This document shows positions 13,975-28,947 of a DNA stretch of 64,000 nucleotides, in pieces. This stretch comes from Flaccisagitta enflata. Lineage: Eukaryota. The position numbers were made by a program, and so were the translations under genes. The stretch spans positions 24,118,001 through 24,182,000 of the forward strand of contig OZ231126.1 of assembly GCA_965153355.1 (NCBI GenBank), written 5' to 3'. Positions within the stretch are counted from its first letter, which is position 1. Every line of letters begins with the position of its first letter. Under the pieces are notes generated by a model. That model was given only the letters and a program-made list of their open reading frames with translations, did no database searches and was not told where the DNA came from.

Positions 13975-14525
13975 ATGATTTGGAATGACGTAGAATGACT
14001 TTGAATGACTTATAATGACTTAAGATGATGTAAAGGACAATATTGACTAAACTGACAATGATAAATTAAAATGACTAAGAATAACTTAAAATAACTTAGA
14101 TTGACTGAAAACAACTAAGAATGACTTAAAATGACTTACAATGACTTGAAATGACTTAGAATGACTTTAAACAACTTAGAATGACCTAAAATGACTCAAA
14201 ATGATGTAATTGACTATATTGACTTAAATGTCAATAATAACTTAGAATGTCTCAAAATGACTAAGAATGACTTAAAATGACTTTGCATTACTTAGAATGA
14301 CTTAGAATGACTTAAAATGACCTAAAATGACTTAGAATGATGTAAAGGATTATATTGACTAAAATCACAAAAATGACTGAATAACTCAAAATTACTAAGA
14401 ATGACTTAAAATGACTCAGAATGACTTAAAATGACTCAGAATGACTAAAAATGATTGAGAATGACTTAGAATGACTTAAAATGATGCAAAGGACCAAATT
14501 TACAAAAATGAGAATAATGACTTTA
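13975..14525. repeat. 10-bp AATGACTTA(G/A) tandem array
   Basis: Direct periodicity; ends at a HINE terminus CACGCGACT; the same unit occurs inside the HINE at 34891-35092. Confidence 0.85.
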
Positions 14526-14912
14526 AATGCACGCGACTTGAAAATAATCATCTTGATTTTTGCTTCCCCACATTACCCAAGTAAGGAATTCCCAATTTTT
14601 GCCATGTGAAGCACCCAGAAGTGACGCGGGATCACATTATTGTTGCAGACGGGTGGGCTGGGGCATCCTACCCCATCCATACCCAATGCCTCCCCCCCCC
14701 ACTAACACACTTGACGGTATGTACTCCCCCTCATGTGCTCAAAACCCATATACCTGATCGTTTTTTGGTTATTTTTAGTCGCGGACACGTGACTACACCT
14801 TGCCGTGTCGGTTGGTAGGTCCGTCCGTCTGTCCCATTTTTGAATTCCGAGCGGTTTTCGCATTACTGCTCCTGTCCGCGACTGGATTGCCGTTTATCCC
14901 GCCTTTATATTA

Positions 14913-15503
14913 CTATCTAGGCGAAAAAAATCTTTCGGTATGTTTACTTGCATATCTCTGGTTGGAATCAAACGATTATCAAAAAATTGGTAAGATAATT
15001 AAAGCCCTTCAAATTTGCAAGAGATTGACGCAAATCGCATCCCTCTAGCTCTATGCGTTTAAGAGCTATTTAATTTTGACTGAAATACTTCAGTTTCACT
15101 TTTGCCATTTCTGCACAATGTTCTGGTGATATCTTTTCACTCTTTTTTTGATTACTTTTAAACGCGTTGAGCTAGACAGATGCGGTTTGCATGGGCTCCT
15201 TGCAAATTTGAAGTGCTTCATTTATATCACGAATTTTTTGATGATTTGATGATTCTTTTGAAAGCTGTTAGTCTAAATAGAGAAAAAAAATAGATAAAAG
15301 AAATCATGAGAAAGAATCGGCATACCTTCACTCCTGAGAACCTCGAACAACTCTACAAGTTGCTTCCGAAACAAATGGCTGCCCTGATTCAGTCATAGGG
15401 AGCTTACACAAATTATCAATGGATTTGCAATTGATTTGTATTCATTTTTACGTCAATGAATACCGTTGTGTTACAGGACAAAAGATTTTTTTCGCCTAGA
15501 TAG
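14913..15503 (+). mobile_element. Tc1-derived MITE with transposase tail remnant
   Basis: TA TSD; TIR CTATCTAGGCGAAAAAAATCTTT; remnant TPENLEQLYKLLPKQMAALIQS*GAYTNY near 15330-15416. Confidence 0.8.
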
Positions 15504-17610
15504 TACTTCCTAGAACAAAATGTTGGGATTTTTTATCTATTTTAGAGACTGCAATTTCCATTTATTTATCACCACTCCAAGGTGGTTGTGGTGAAAATGT
15601 TGAAGTTGGTGTTTTGGGCTCAAAATCGGGCCACTCTTCTTTTGAAATTCAACCCAAAATCCATGAGATAATGAAACTAGAGCTCAAGAGCTAATCAGTG
15701 GTGCAATCCGCATGTTGCTATCATTTTTCATTAAGAGAGCTTTTTGAAGATGCTACTTTTTACTAGTAATACTAAACAAGGCCGGGTACACGGCAATCCA
15801 GTCGAGGACGGTTGGGCAGGAGCAGTAATGCAAAAAACACTCGGAATTCAAAAATGTCATGGATGGACGGACGGACGGACGGACCTACCGACCTACCGAC
15901 CGGCACGGCAAGGTGTAGAGTCGCTAGTCCGCAACTAAAAACACCATGACAGATAAGCAGCTATGCTCATAAACATGTTTGCTTATATTTGCATGCTCAA
16001 ACAAATATCGAATCACTCTCTTATTGATCCTGCTTAAATCATAAAAAAAACAAAAAATCTGAATTTTTCATATAAAAAGATAGAAACCATGTGATGCAGG
16101 GTCACAATATCGTTGCGGAAGGGTGAGCAGGGGCAACCTACCCCAATCCACACCCAACGCCCCAACCAGCCCCCATTCCAACCCAGACACATTCACAAAA
16201 AGCTTCTAAAATGCTCATTTTTCCACTTTGACTCGTGCTCACGGACGGACCAACGTACCGAGGACCGATGGACGGACAAAACCTCTTATTGAGTTGCGTG
16301 TCCGCAACTGAAAATCATAGAGCATTCTGCTTGGCGCTAAATCAAAGAAAATTATCAAATTTACTTACCCTATCAATTTCATTTGAGGCTCCAATTGTTC
16401 CTCATAAGAAAATGAAAACCATGTTTCTCTGGAATATGTCAAAAAGCCGAAGACAGACTTTTTTCCCAATGATCACCCCAGGCGATTTTGAAATTGAAAA
16501 AAAAAATCTGTTAAGCTTCACTAGAGCGCAATTCGAGGGACTGACCAAAATCATGCCTTTTGGTGAAGCTGCCTTATAGGCTTTATAGCCAACATAGAAA
16601 TAACTAAAAATATCATAGAACATTGAATGCCTTACATGGGTGTAAGGGGAGGGATGTCAGGGACGTCGGCCGACGTCCGTGTTTGTCAGACTTACACCCC
16701 TGTCGGACTCAAGCCCATGTAGAAAAAGAAGACAAAAAATGAAGAAGAATGAAAGAAAAAGAAAAACTGGAGGATAAAAAGCACTCTCAGGAGAAGAATG
16801 AGAAAGAATGTGCGTTTTTCTATCAAATTTAGCTGCCATTTCTTCATTGAGAATATGATTTAGGATTAAAAAAGACTGAATAAGTAACAAACCCTGTCGG
16901 GCTTGAAGCTCTGTCGGACTTGAAACTGGTTGCCAACGGCCCTTTGAAATTCCGCGCCATACACTTATGATGCCTTATCGGGAGCAGCTCTCTATCTTGA
17001 TGGGAACCTTTTTAGGGTCGATTTGAAATTAACTTGTAATGAAAATAAAAGGACTTTCTTAGGGGGATTCTTAAGGGGATAAACATTAAACAGGCCCAAA
17101 AAAAGGTTCCCATAAAGCTAGAAAGCTGCGCATTGGCTTGTTTGAAATAAAATCATGAGTGTCACATTATGAAGGGGCCGCATGAGAGCGAATCAGCTTA
17201 GTCCCGGGATGCAATCGATGTACTGCACACCCTATTAACATCACCGTGCCACTAACCATGTTGTGAGATAAGGGTTATTAACATGTTTTCGACCTTGATC
17301 ATAATCAATCAATCATTCTCTTACATGCATTTTTTTCCTTTCTCTTTTTATTGATCAGCCACTGGATGTACAAACAGAAGAAGGATTGAAACGCTGCTAA
17401 AGATTGCAAACCACTTCTACACCTTGAAACGAGTTTACCGGCAATTTCTTGTGCTGTGGAACTGTCACTCAACAAACCATAAAAGCATTTCTTTAAACTT
17501 CATATCAATATGATTGGAATTTTGTTATACTGACCATGAACATGTGAAATGAATAAATGTTAAGATAGACATTCAAAAAGATTACCTTTTTCTTATTGAT
17601 TTGCCAGATC

Positions 17611-17758
<148 letters not shown>

Positions 17759-17801
17759 GTCTCTCTCGCATTGTCTCTCTCGCATTGTCTCTCTCGCATT
17801 G

Positions 17802-17866
<65 letters not shown>

Positions 17867-18144
17867 TATTTCTCATGTTTGTATACGCGGCAAGTTCAGT
17901 TTCTCATAGAGACCAGTCCAAGCCCATTGGAGTAGAACAAAGTAACGCAATCTGAGGAGATGAAGGAGATGATTATCATCAAAATTGATGATTTTTCAGA
18001 TGTACAGTGCAACGCAACAGTACAAAAAAGAGATCCCACTGATTGAGGCGCAGTGCGCTTTGCGCATTGTGCCTCAACTTTTTTTTCTGGTCCTCAGGTC
18101 ATTTGTTTAGATTATGACCATTTTTACCCCAACAGTGATCAAGC

Positions 18145-18208
18145 GCCCCGATAGTCTAGTGGTAGAGTGGTGGACTTGAGATTGAAAGGTTCGATTCCCA
18201 AGGAGGCA
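18145..18208 (+). pseudogene. tRNA-like remnant or tRNA-derived SINE head
   Basis: A box TAGTCTAGTGG, B box GGTTCGATTCC, imperfect acceptor stem GCCCC...GAGGC; too short for a full cloverleaf. Confidence 0.6.
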
Positions 18209-18452
18209 TTATCAAAAAAAATTTTGAAGAGTGAAATATATAAAAAGGATTCTTTAAAGATGATGAAACATAACATTTATGTTTGAATCAACATTACAAA
18301 TGAATATATATATATAAAAAATGAAATTATACAAAAAATTAGACAAATAAGATATAAACAAAAACAAAAATAAGAGAGTCAAAATGCATCATTCAAAAGC
18401 CTTGTACAGTGGAAAGTTCTTTTACACATCTACTAGTACCCGGCACCACCTG

Positions 18453-19290
18453 GTTGAAAAATGTCCAATTTATGTAAGTTTTTACTTTTAGGCCGGTAAG
18501 CTGGTTGGGGGGCAGGTTGGTTTGGCCGGTTAGCATGCTCAACCATTAAAAAATCACATATATGTGTTGAGTCCTTCCATTTAGAGACTCCATACCAAAT
18601 TTCAACCAAATTGGTTGAAAAACGCCAAAGATATGCATATTTATCACTTTTTGGCTGGTAGGCTGGTTGGGTGGTAGGCTGGTTTGACAGGATAAATAGT
18701 GCGCATATGTTGAGTTCTTCCATTTAGAGACCCCATACCAAGTTTCAACCAAATTAGTTGAAAAATGACTAAGTGCAAGTTTTTCACTTTTAGGCCGGTT
18801 GGCTGGTTGGGTGGTAGGTCGGTTTGGCCGGTTAGCATGCTCAAATGCATATAAATCACACACACATGTTGAGTCCTTCCATTTAGAGACTCCATACCAA
18901 ATTTCAACCAAATCGGTTGAAAAATGCCAAAGTTATGCACGTTTTTCACTTTTAGGCCAGTAGGCTGGTTGGGTGGTAGGCTGGTTTTACAGGATAAATA
19001 GTGTGCATATGTTGAGTTCTTCCATTTAGAGACCCCATACCAAGTTTCAACCAAATTAGTTGAAAAATGACAAAGTTATGCAAGTTTTTCACTTTTAGGC
19101 CGGTTGGCTGGTTGGGTGGTAGGTCGGTTTGGCCAGTTAGCATGCTCAAATGCATATAAATCATATACATATGTTGAGTCCGTCCATTTAGAGACTCCAT
19201 ACCAAATTTCAGCCAAATCGGTTGAAAAATGCCAAAGTTATGCACGTTTTTCACTTTTAGGTCGGTAAGCTGGTTGGGCCGGTTGGGTTG
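18453..19290. repeat. Tandem array of alternating ~143 and ~160-bp monomers (~303-bp higher-order unit)
   Basis: (T/G)TCCATTTAGAGAC recurs at about 18575, 18718, 18877, 19020, 19182. Confidence 0.9.
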
Positions 19291-20904
19291 GTCGGATCAC
19301 AAAAATCGGATAGGATGTAAAGCGCCTTAACCTAGTACAACTTCCCACCAAATATGAACCAAATTGGTCAAAGCATAAAAAAGTTATCCATTTTTTAAAA
19401 TCCGTGACGACGACAACGACGACAACGACAACAACGACAACGACGACGACACCCACTCGCCTTGAATTATAGTCCGCGTCGGAATGATATTCCGTCGCGG
19501 ACAAAAAAGTGAAAGGCTCCGAATCGGCACAAGAAAGAGAGAAAGAGAAACTTCTGAAAATGTCGAAGTTTCCGGTTTCATTGTTCATCTTTTCAAAAGA
19601 AAGTTTTTGGTTGTCTAGACCGCGAATTCAAACAGCAATGGCTAAGGAACCGACCTACCAACGCACCAAAGTAGTTCATGGCCTCGCGAGCTAGCGTACA
19701 CGTCACCGGAGAAAGTTAAAACCTAACCACATTGGCGACAACTCTACCCTACAAGCCAGACCGACCGCTGGCAAGCGACAATGTCTGCTAAAGAGGCTTT
19801 GCTGTAGATTTCAGGTTAAAAGGAAAACTACCAGGGAAGGAGCTTTTAACACAATATGGTAACACAATAAAAAGATAAAGCTTGTTGAATATTTGACCAA
19901 AGATTGATTGGTTAAAGGTTGTCGGTTGGCTTTGCTGGTGGTTATATCATTTGACGATGAGTTATTTCTCTCACCGCGATTCTTCAATGCGGGATTTATG
20001 CGTTCCACATCTAAAAACATAATTCACGATCATGTACAGAGAGATCCAAAGCCAGTCAGAAACAAAAAAAGAATAATAGAAAGAGAGATTTTTCTTTTCT
20101 TCTTTTTGAACGTGAGTTTTTCGGCAGAATGAAATTTTGCCCTCTAGTTTTTTTTGTTTTTTTTTGAGGGTTTTTTTTTTCTTTTTGAAGGAGGGATCCA
20201 ACTTTTATGCCTCCCGCATGGGAATGCCTCCAATGTTTTGGCCCACACACCAAGATCATTGATTTATTTTTATTTTTCTACAGAATTAAAAAAAGTGAAA
20301 ATCCTCTGTGTGTTGTTCCCTTCGTGTCGTTTTATCAACAAATGTCGTTTTATCTTATAAGTTACATTTTTAGAAGTTCAGAAATATATTGGCTGATTTT
20401 GTTTCCCAACAAAAAGGGGATCGATAATCATCAAGTGGGCTTTAATAACTTCTTGTTAAAAACTCGTTTTTCCTTCATTGGATAATTGCTCAAAGCGGTG
20501 AGCCTCTAAATGGAACAGTAAATAACCAAATGACAGCTAATGATGAATATGAATCACATCGCAGCAGTCGATTGTCTCCTGACAAATTTGTATCGTGACT
20601 ACTTTCTATTTTGCTTAGTTCGACCTCCTTCAGGGTCTGACCCTTTGAGCTAAGATTTGACAAAACGAAGTTTTAAAAGCAGGACCGCACACAGTGCATT
20701 GATTGCTTGAATCGATGCTATACTTATTTCCGAAAGACCCCCCAACACAAAATTGCCAAAAGCTCCATGTATCCCCAAAAAGGTAACTTACTGGGAACAG
20801 TTAGGATGCCATGCCAGAAACGTTGATGGCAAAAAGATAATCATATCGAGGATGATCAGGATTACCTCTCATAATAACAACACAGGAGCTGAGAATTAAA
20901 CTGT

Positions 20905-21558
20905 AACGGGTCGCCCAAGGGCAATATGTGGTCAGCGATACCCGTTGCCCTGCTTTGAGTGATTGTTAATTGGAGTGAGGGGAAGCAGGGCAGCGGCCCT
21001 GAAGGGGACGAAGTCCTGTAGAACACAGGGGGACTTTCGTTTGTCCAGCCTGAAGAAGTGGATAAAATGCTATGGAGGGCTTACTGAAGGTCTCCAAGAG
21101 CCTAAACTGAGTCAATTGGAAGCTTTAGAGGGCTGACTTGAGGTTTGAGAGAGCTGGATTAAGCCTTGAAAGGTCATGGGACTAATTTGAAGCCTGAGAG
21201 CAGTAAATTGAGGCTTAGGTAGCTGATTTGAGGCCTGAGAGGCCAAATTTGAAGCCTGAGAGGCCAGGTTTAAGGCAGGAGAAGCCTAATTTGAGGCCTG
21301 AGAGGCCAGGTTTGAGGCCTGAGAGGATGGGTTTGAGGCCTGGGAGGCCGGATTTGAGGCCTGAGAGGCTGGATTTGAGGTCTGAGAGGCTGGATTTGAG
21401 GCCTGAGAGGCCAGATTTGAGGTCTCAGAGGCCAGATTTTAGGGTTGAGGGGCCTGATGAGGGGGGGACGAACGAATGAACGAACGAACAAACGGACAAA
21501 CGAAAGTCCCCCTGTGTTCTACAGGACTTCGTCCCCTTCGGGGCCGCTGCCCAAAAAA
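20905..21558 (-). mobile_element. HINE family A
   Basis: Termini and 21-bp array nearly identical to 8746-9488. Confidence 0.8.
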
Positions 21559-21751
21559 GCAATGACACTGGGGTTTTCTTAACTTTGTCGCTATAAAATT
21601 AATTTCGTATCGAGTGTAAGTGCAATGTTTTCTTTTTTCATGATCGTTTTTCATGGAATCGTGCCATGGTGGATCTCAGATTTGGCCTATGGTCGGTTTG
21701 TCTTGTAATGAAGTAATAATTTGCTAAGTTGGAATTCATTACAAACATGAG

Positions 21752-21808
<57 letters not shown>

Positions 21809-22107
21809 GTTTTCATCATTTTTTTTTCAGTATTTCTTTTAGCGGCCGGCACACAGACAGATGTATATATAGAAATAGAATTGCCGGCCGTTTCGGCAGC
21901 AAAAGGAAAAAAGATATTATAACTACACGGTCATCAATCTCGATTGGGAAAAAGGGGGCAACCACGTAGTTACGACACAGCTTGCAAAAAATGAGCATGT
22001 TACTGTTGAATGCACATTGTTACGACGTCGTAATAACGTGAATTATCCCCAAACTTCTGTGTCTGAACTGTGTGAAATCAGCTATTTCCATTTTTGACTC
22101 TCTGTCT

Positions 22108-22146
<39 letters not shown>

Positions 22147-22755
22147 CTTACTTTAATCTGAATCTAAGCAAATTTTTTATGTGCTTACATTAGATGGAAT
22201 GTTTTACAATTGGTTCAATTCACATGAATGTCCAAAACTGGCATTCATTCCTACAATAATTAATTGACACTGTTGAAGTTTAATCTATTTATTAGTAGAT
22301 TTGTTTATTTTTTTTCTTTCTTCCTTCCTTCCTTCCTTCCTTTCTTCTTTTTTTTTTATTCATTTATTCTTTCATGCATTCATTCATTCATGCATTCATT
22401 CATTCATTCATTTGTTCATTCATCTATCTAATATTTCTCCCCAAAACATGTCTAAACAAGAGACTTCATTTCAAAAAGGTACTCTGAATAATTTTTCTTT
22501 ATCATCTTTGATGAAAATGATTGCTTAAAGCAAATTGTAGCTTACAACTAGTTTTTAGTTACAATGATTGTAGAAAAAAATGAACAAAGAAATGAAAAAA
22601 ACAACATCAGATGAGACAAAAACCGAGGTTATATCATTCATTTGTTCAATCTTGATTGGATTTTTCACTTATACACTAATTTTTTCCTTCCATTTTTTTT
22701 TAAATTCTGTTATAAACCCAAAATAGACAGAGGAGATTGAAATTGAGAGAGAGAC

Positions 22756-22853
<98 letters not shown>

Positions 22854-23026
22854 AATAAAAGATTTTTATTAAAAAAAGTAAACTAAATGACCATGTACAA
22901 AAAAATTCAATGCACACAGTTTAGACAATGAGTGAGCGCCTGTTGCTCAAGAATTAACGTTATGACGACGTCGTCACTTCGTTCATTGTTTATGAACGAA
23001 GTTTCGAATGTCGTCACTACGATAAT

Positions 23027-23584
23027 ACTTCGGAAAAAGTATTAAGCTTTTACTCTCAGGTGCTTCTTCTCAATGACTTGGAATTGATTTTTCTATATAG
23101 TACTATGTTTGACGTTTTTTGTGTCAAAATTTCATTGGTCTGCATCAAATATTTTGTCCACAACATCAATTTGAAGTAAAACAAGTATTTTTGGTTAAAG
23201 CTCAATTAATTCCTTATTCATTAAAACCATTTTCACTCATTTTTGATCAGATTGAGCTACCAATGCTAAAATAGTCTCAAATTATACATGTTTTTTTCAA
23301 AATTCATAACAATATTTTCAACTGAGACAAATCTGACATTTATTGCTCAATCCAGTGAAACATAAGAGCAAATCAAACAAAAATAGTTTGATGAACTAAG
23401 GCTAGATTGAGCTGTATCTGAAAATGCTTGTCTTTCTTTAAATTGATGTTGTGGACAAAGTATTTTACTCAGACCAATGAAATTTTGACACAAAAAACGT
23501 CAAAGATAGTACTATGAAAGAAAACAAAATCCAGAACATGAGGAGAAGCAGGTGAGAGCAAAAGCTTAACACTTTTTCCCAGTC
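23027..23584. mobile_element. MITE with ~160-bp inverted arms
   Basis: GGAAAAAGT(A/G)TTAAGCTTT...TTTGACGTTTTTTGTGTCAAAATTTCATTGGTCTG inverted at 23435-23580; TSD unclear. Confidence 0.7.
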
Positions 23585-23750
23585 GAGATTGATGACCCGG
23601 TAAGAAAGAATTCGATACATAGAAAAAAAGAAGAAAAAAGAACTTTTGAAGTCAGCAATTTTTACTCAAATCAGGATCTTAATTGAGCGATTGCCATGCT
23701 TTCTACTTGACAAGCGCGCAAAAAGAAAAAGAGAAATGATTCATGTATGT

Positions 23751-23862
<112 letters not shown>

Positions 23863-24622
23863 TCTTATCAACTACGATTTAAATGAAGACCTCTCACAGA
23901 AAGATATACGATAAACGCATGTGATAATCGAAATACGTTCATTATTTAATAGCCAACAGTGCATTGTTTCAAATGAGGCAATGCTAGTAAGAAAAACATT
24001 TTTGGGCGAATTTCTTAAAAACAAAGAACATCGATTTTCTTCTTTAACTCACAAAAATGACACGAAATACAAAAGACACTAATTAAGATTAAAAAAAGAA
24101 ATAAGCCAAAATGTACGTGACTCGAGGACAGTTTGTTCGTACGCCGGACTAAATGTTGGCAATTTACAAACCCGCGATCATAAACTCGATTTTTTGTTTT
24201 ATTTTGTTGATAAGACACGTTTTGCGATAAATTATTAGTTTAATAGTTTAATAAAAACATAAAATACGGATAATAAACGTGAAATAAATTTTATCCGTTT
24301 AATCGACGACGATGTCGCGCAAGAAGATATCACTTGAAAATTAAAGTTTAAGTTTTTTTTATCAATTGGTTTAATAAGTGTTTGAATTAACTATACATCG
24401 TCATTTTGATTTGTTTTGTTGGGAATTTTGGCCACGTCATGACACGACAGACGCGCTGCTGCCCGTCTCTGGACTCGGATTAGAATTGGCTGAGCCTAAG
24501 TCTTTCTCCTTGAAGAGTCACAATCGATAGCGTCAGAGGTAAAAGGAGTTAATTGATTCCTTGATTTCTTTATTGATTCGTTTATTGATTAATTGGTTCA
24601 TTGATTTATTGATATCTATTGC

Positions 24623-24943
24623 ACAGTTTAATCCCGCAATAACGGATGGCAATCTTGATTTACAATAAGTGGATATCCATAATTGTCTATTTAACAAGGC
24701 TGTATATTTAACAAGGCTGTATACGCTCCCCCCTGTCGCGGATGGGTGGGCAAGAGCGCAAAACAGGAATGTGACATGACATGATATGATATGACGTGAT
24801 GTGACTTGACCGACACAGCAAGTTATAGAGTTGCATGTCAAGGACTAAAAGTAAAGATGAAATTACTTTAGTACCAAAGTATAATATCTGTCGCATTTTA
24901 GGTGGATCTCCGTTTTTGGATCCGTTATAGCGGGGTATGACTG
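24623..24943. mobile_element. pogo/Tigger-like MITE interrupted by a HINE
   Basis: CAGT..ATCCCGCAATAACGGAT and inverted ATCCGTTATAGCGGGGTATGACTG+TA; related to 34530-34706. Confidence 0.55.
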
Positions 24944-27172
24944 TACATATCTTAGCAGCCGAGTGAATCCATTATGTATGTATTTACTGCACCAGTGATG
25001 ACAGAATTTGGGTTTGAACGAGTTAAAAAGTGATTAAAAGATTTTAAAAGAGGATTGAAAGGTCAACATGACCAAACAGTTAAAGCAAGAGATTCACGAT
25101 GACATTAGGAAGCAATTTTCATAGAAATTCATTAAAAACAATAATTCTTTATGTTCAATAGAAGCCAAAGGAATGAGACAAAAAATAGGAATGAGTGAAT
25201 TGAGGATGTAATGTATGACTAAACGAACAGAGAAAACAACCGACCAACCGACCAACTTACACACAGAGTTATATGCAAGCGACCAAAGTAATCCATATCT
25301 TCACCGCGGTAGACATCCAGTGCGAATGAACTTGCTTGGATGATGAGTGGTGACTCATAATTACAACAGATATTAAAAATCTTTTGTGTACTCGCATAAC
25401 AATCATGGGATCTGTCTTCACCAAAATCTCCGTACGCGTAAAACCTTAAAAACTACAGTATTCAACGTTTTGACACTTATACAGTATCTACAGGTCATCA
25501 GTAGGTCCATAGATCATCAGCTTTTTTCATCAGATTTTGAAGTTGTAAAAATCGAAAGTCGTACTAACCGCCAGGACTTTTTTTACGATGGCTCTCCAAT
25601 AAAACTGACTTTGAATGCTGAGCTCGGTAAAAAATCTGACATAAACTACACCACAGATGAGATGATGACAGCCACTGTCAAATATATGCAAACATTGAAG
25701 TTACAGTATCGAAGACGAAGACGAACGCAAAATTTGATGAACTGTCACGAGACTGTAGTATATAGTATGTATATGTTTAAATATACCGTGAAAAAAGATC
25801 TGCTATTGAGTGTCTCTTTTTGGTCTTTCATTGTGTGTAAGTTTTTGTGGTGAAGTATATTGAGAATAGGGCTAAGAATGTCGAATCGATAGAGGAGATA
25901 CCATGTACCGGGATACAGTTAAGCTTCACCAGAGCGTATTTCAAGTTACTGGAAAGAATCATGCCTGACAGTGGAGCTGCTTTTTTGCCAAAATAGAGAA
26001 GAATATCTGGTGGGACTTTAATTTCTATGCCTTATAGGTGGGTATGCCTTAATAGCGGGTGCGCTATAGCGGTGCTCCATTGACCGAAATGTCAAGTACC
26101 GGCACAGAAGGACGTTGACGAGCTGCGATTTGGCAATGATCACAATCTCCAAGATGGCGTTCTCAGACGTTAATCTAAGCCTTATTCTAAGGAATAAGTA
26201 AAGGAAACCCCAATGTCTCCTTCTGGCCCCTTAACCCCAACCCCTTTTCACTCAATTGCCGTTAAGGTTATCACAGTCGACGTTTGCCTTACAGAAAACA
26301 AGGCCGGATAGACGACCAATAAGCAGTCGCTGACGGGTGGGCAGGAGCAGTTTGCAGAGAGGCAGGGCCAGTCATTTGGTGGGCAGGGGCTGTATATTGG
26401 GTGGGCAGGGACTGTTGTGCTCAGAAATCACAAATTCGGCCAATTTCGCGTCGTCCAAAATTTCGCGTTACGAACCAACCAACCAACCAACATACCTACC
26501 AAGGGACACACCCTCTTAGTCAGCGACTAAAAATGTATGATTGTTTGTCGTATTTTATTGAATTGTATTGTAAGGTGTTAAGTTCGGTAAAAGCAGCAAG
26601 ATAACACAAGATAACACCCTTGTTGCTTTATATTTCATGAATATAAATCATTACTACTAAATATACGATAACAAAAAAGCGCTAGCAGTCACCATGGCAT
26701 ACTCAAAAAAATCCGGGGATTCGTTTCCATTGAGGTCCATTACAACAACAACAATAAATGAATTAAAGAAAAAAACACAATAAAAACTGCAGATAAAAAC
26801 TTGATAGGGTTTAAAATTGGAACAGTGGAGTCAGTGTTTCCTACACTCCCTCATGGCCAATGATGTGGATGTGGCTGAAATTCATGCCACTTCTATGATC
26901 AAATCGCACCCACAAGCATCTTATAGTTGCACCTGCAGTCGCTGTCCCACCCTCCATTCAGTAAACCGCTTCCACATCCTTGCATTCTAGGTAGATCCAG
27001 GTAGAAATCTCTTTTTTTGGTCAATGTCTACATCAAGAGCGTCTCTTCCTCCACACCGACGGCGTTATCTGTCTTTTTGCTGTTTTATGCGGCGTCACAT
27101 TATGGTACAAAACCATGAAGAGGACAATTACTGATAGATAGCCCGAATGTGGTCTGAGCAGGAATGGGAAAG

Positions 27173-27262
<90 letters not shown>

Positions 27263-27428
27263 ACGTGTCCTCCCTCCCCGTTACTGTTGGGGTCTGAATG
27301 ACCAAAAATTACTCCCGTGTTAGCGGAGAGAGAACAACCCATGTGATGAAACGGAATGGGTGGGTAATTGGTCCACTATCTTAATCGGGGGGTTTGATTC
27401 CAAACCCTCAGCCATGACCAAAGACTCT

Positions 27429-27982
27429 AACAAGTCATCCAAGGATTGCACATGGTCAGCGGTACCCGATGCCCTGCTTGGAGTGATCACCTGAAGAGGT
27501 GGAGTGAGAGCAGGGCAGCGGCCCCAAAGGACCGATGTCCTGTAGGACACAGGGGTGAATTTCCTTACGTCCTGAGAAGGCATATTTCAGACCTTAAAGG
27601 CAATTTTCCATGATATTCAATGGGAGCTATGTATTTTCTACAATTTATTGTCAATTTTCCATGTTATCCAATTGCTATTTTGCATTTTATTTTTATTTTT
27701 TGTTAATTTTCCATGTTATTCGATGGAAAATGTGCATTTTTCTATTGTTTGTAAATTTTCCATGTTATTCAATGGGAAGTTTGCAAGTTGTCATTTTCCC
27801 ATGTTATTCAATGGGAAGTTTGCATTTTGTCATTTTCCCATGTTATTCAATGGAAATTTGAGAATTGAGAAGGTTAGGGGGGGACGTACGGACGGACGGA
27901 CGTACGTACGTACGGACGGACGTAAGGAAATTCACCCCTGTGTCCTACAGGACATCGGCCCTTTGGGGCCGCTGCCCAAAAA
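27429..27982 (-). mobile_element. HINE family A2 with an internal ~38-bp tandem array
   Basis: subTIR GGGCAGCGGCCCCAAAGG.CCGATGTCCTGTAGGACACAGGGGTGAATTTCC and its inverse; internal (TTTTCCCATGTTATTCAATGGGAAGTTTGCA..)n. Confidence 0.8.
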
Positions 27983-28060
27983 GGGCGATAACAATTGAAA
28001 AGGAATCGAAAAGCCAATTGCTCCCATTTGATTGATGAGAGGGACAGAGAGACGATTCTA

Positions 28061-28164
<104 letters not shown>

Positions 28165-28596
28165 CAGAGAGAGAGAGACAGACAGACAGACAGAGACAGA
28201 GAAAGAATGGGGGTGGAATAGAGTTAAAAACAGAAAGAGACAGAATGATAGAGGAATGAAAGGGAGAACAGTCGAAAGAATAGAAAGTGAAAAAGAAAGA
28301 GAGCAAGGCCGGATACACGGCTACCCCATTCGCGTGTGGGTGGCCAGGGGCCATATTTGAGGTCACCAGAGCATTTGGGCAGGAGCAGTACGGTCAAAGA
28401 ATAAAAAACATAAAAATTAAAAGAATAAAGAGTGACCAACCAACCGACCGACCGACGGGGCAAAGCGTGGTGGACAGTTGCGTAGCACGTGACTAAAAAG
28501 GAAAAATAAAAAAACAGAGAAAAAGTGAATAAGAAATAAAGAAAAGAAAGGGAGAAAGAAAAAAAAGGTGAGAAAAAAGGAAAATAAGAAATGAAT

Positions 28597-28660
<64 letters not shown>

Positions 28661-28662
28661 GA

Positions 28663-28785
<123 letters not shown>

Positions 28786-28824
28786 AAAAAGAAAAAGAAA
28801 GAAAGAAAAAAAAAGAAAAAAAAG

Positions 28825-28947
<123 letters not shown>

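Noticed and set aside
25386-25853. 155-aa ORF
   Set aside because: Non-ATG start, AT-rich, no recognisable motif; cannot be supported without a search
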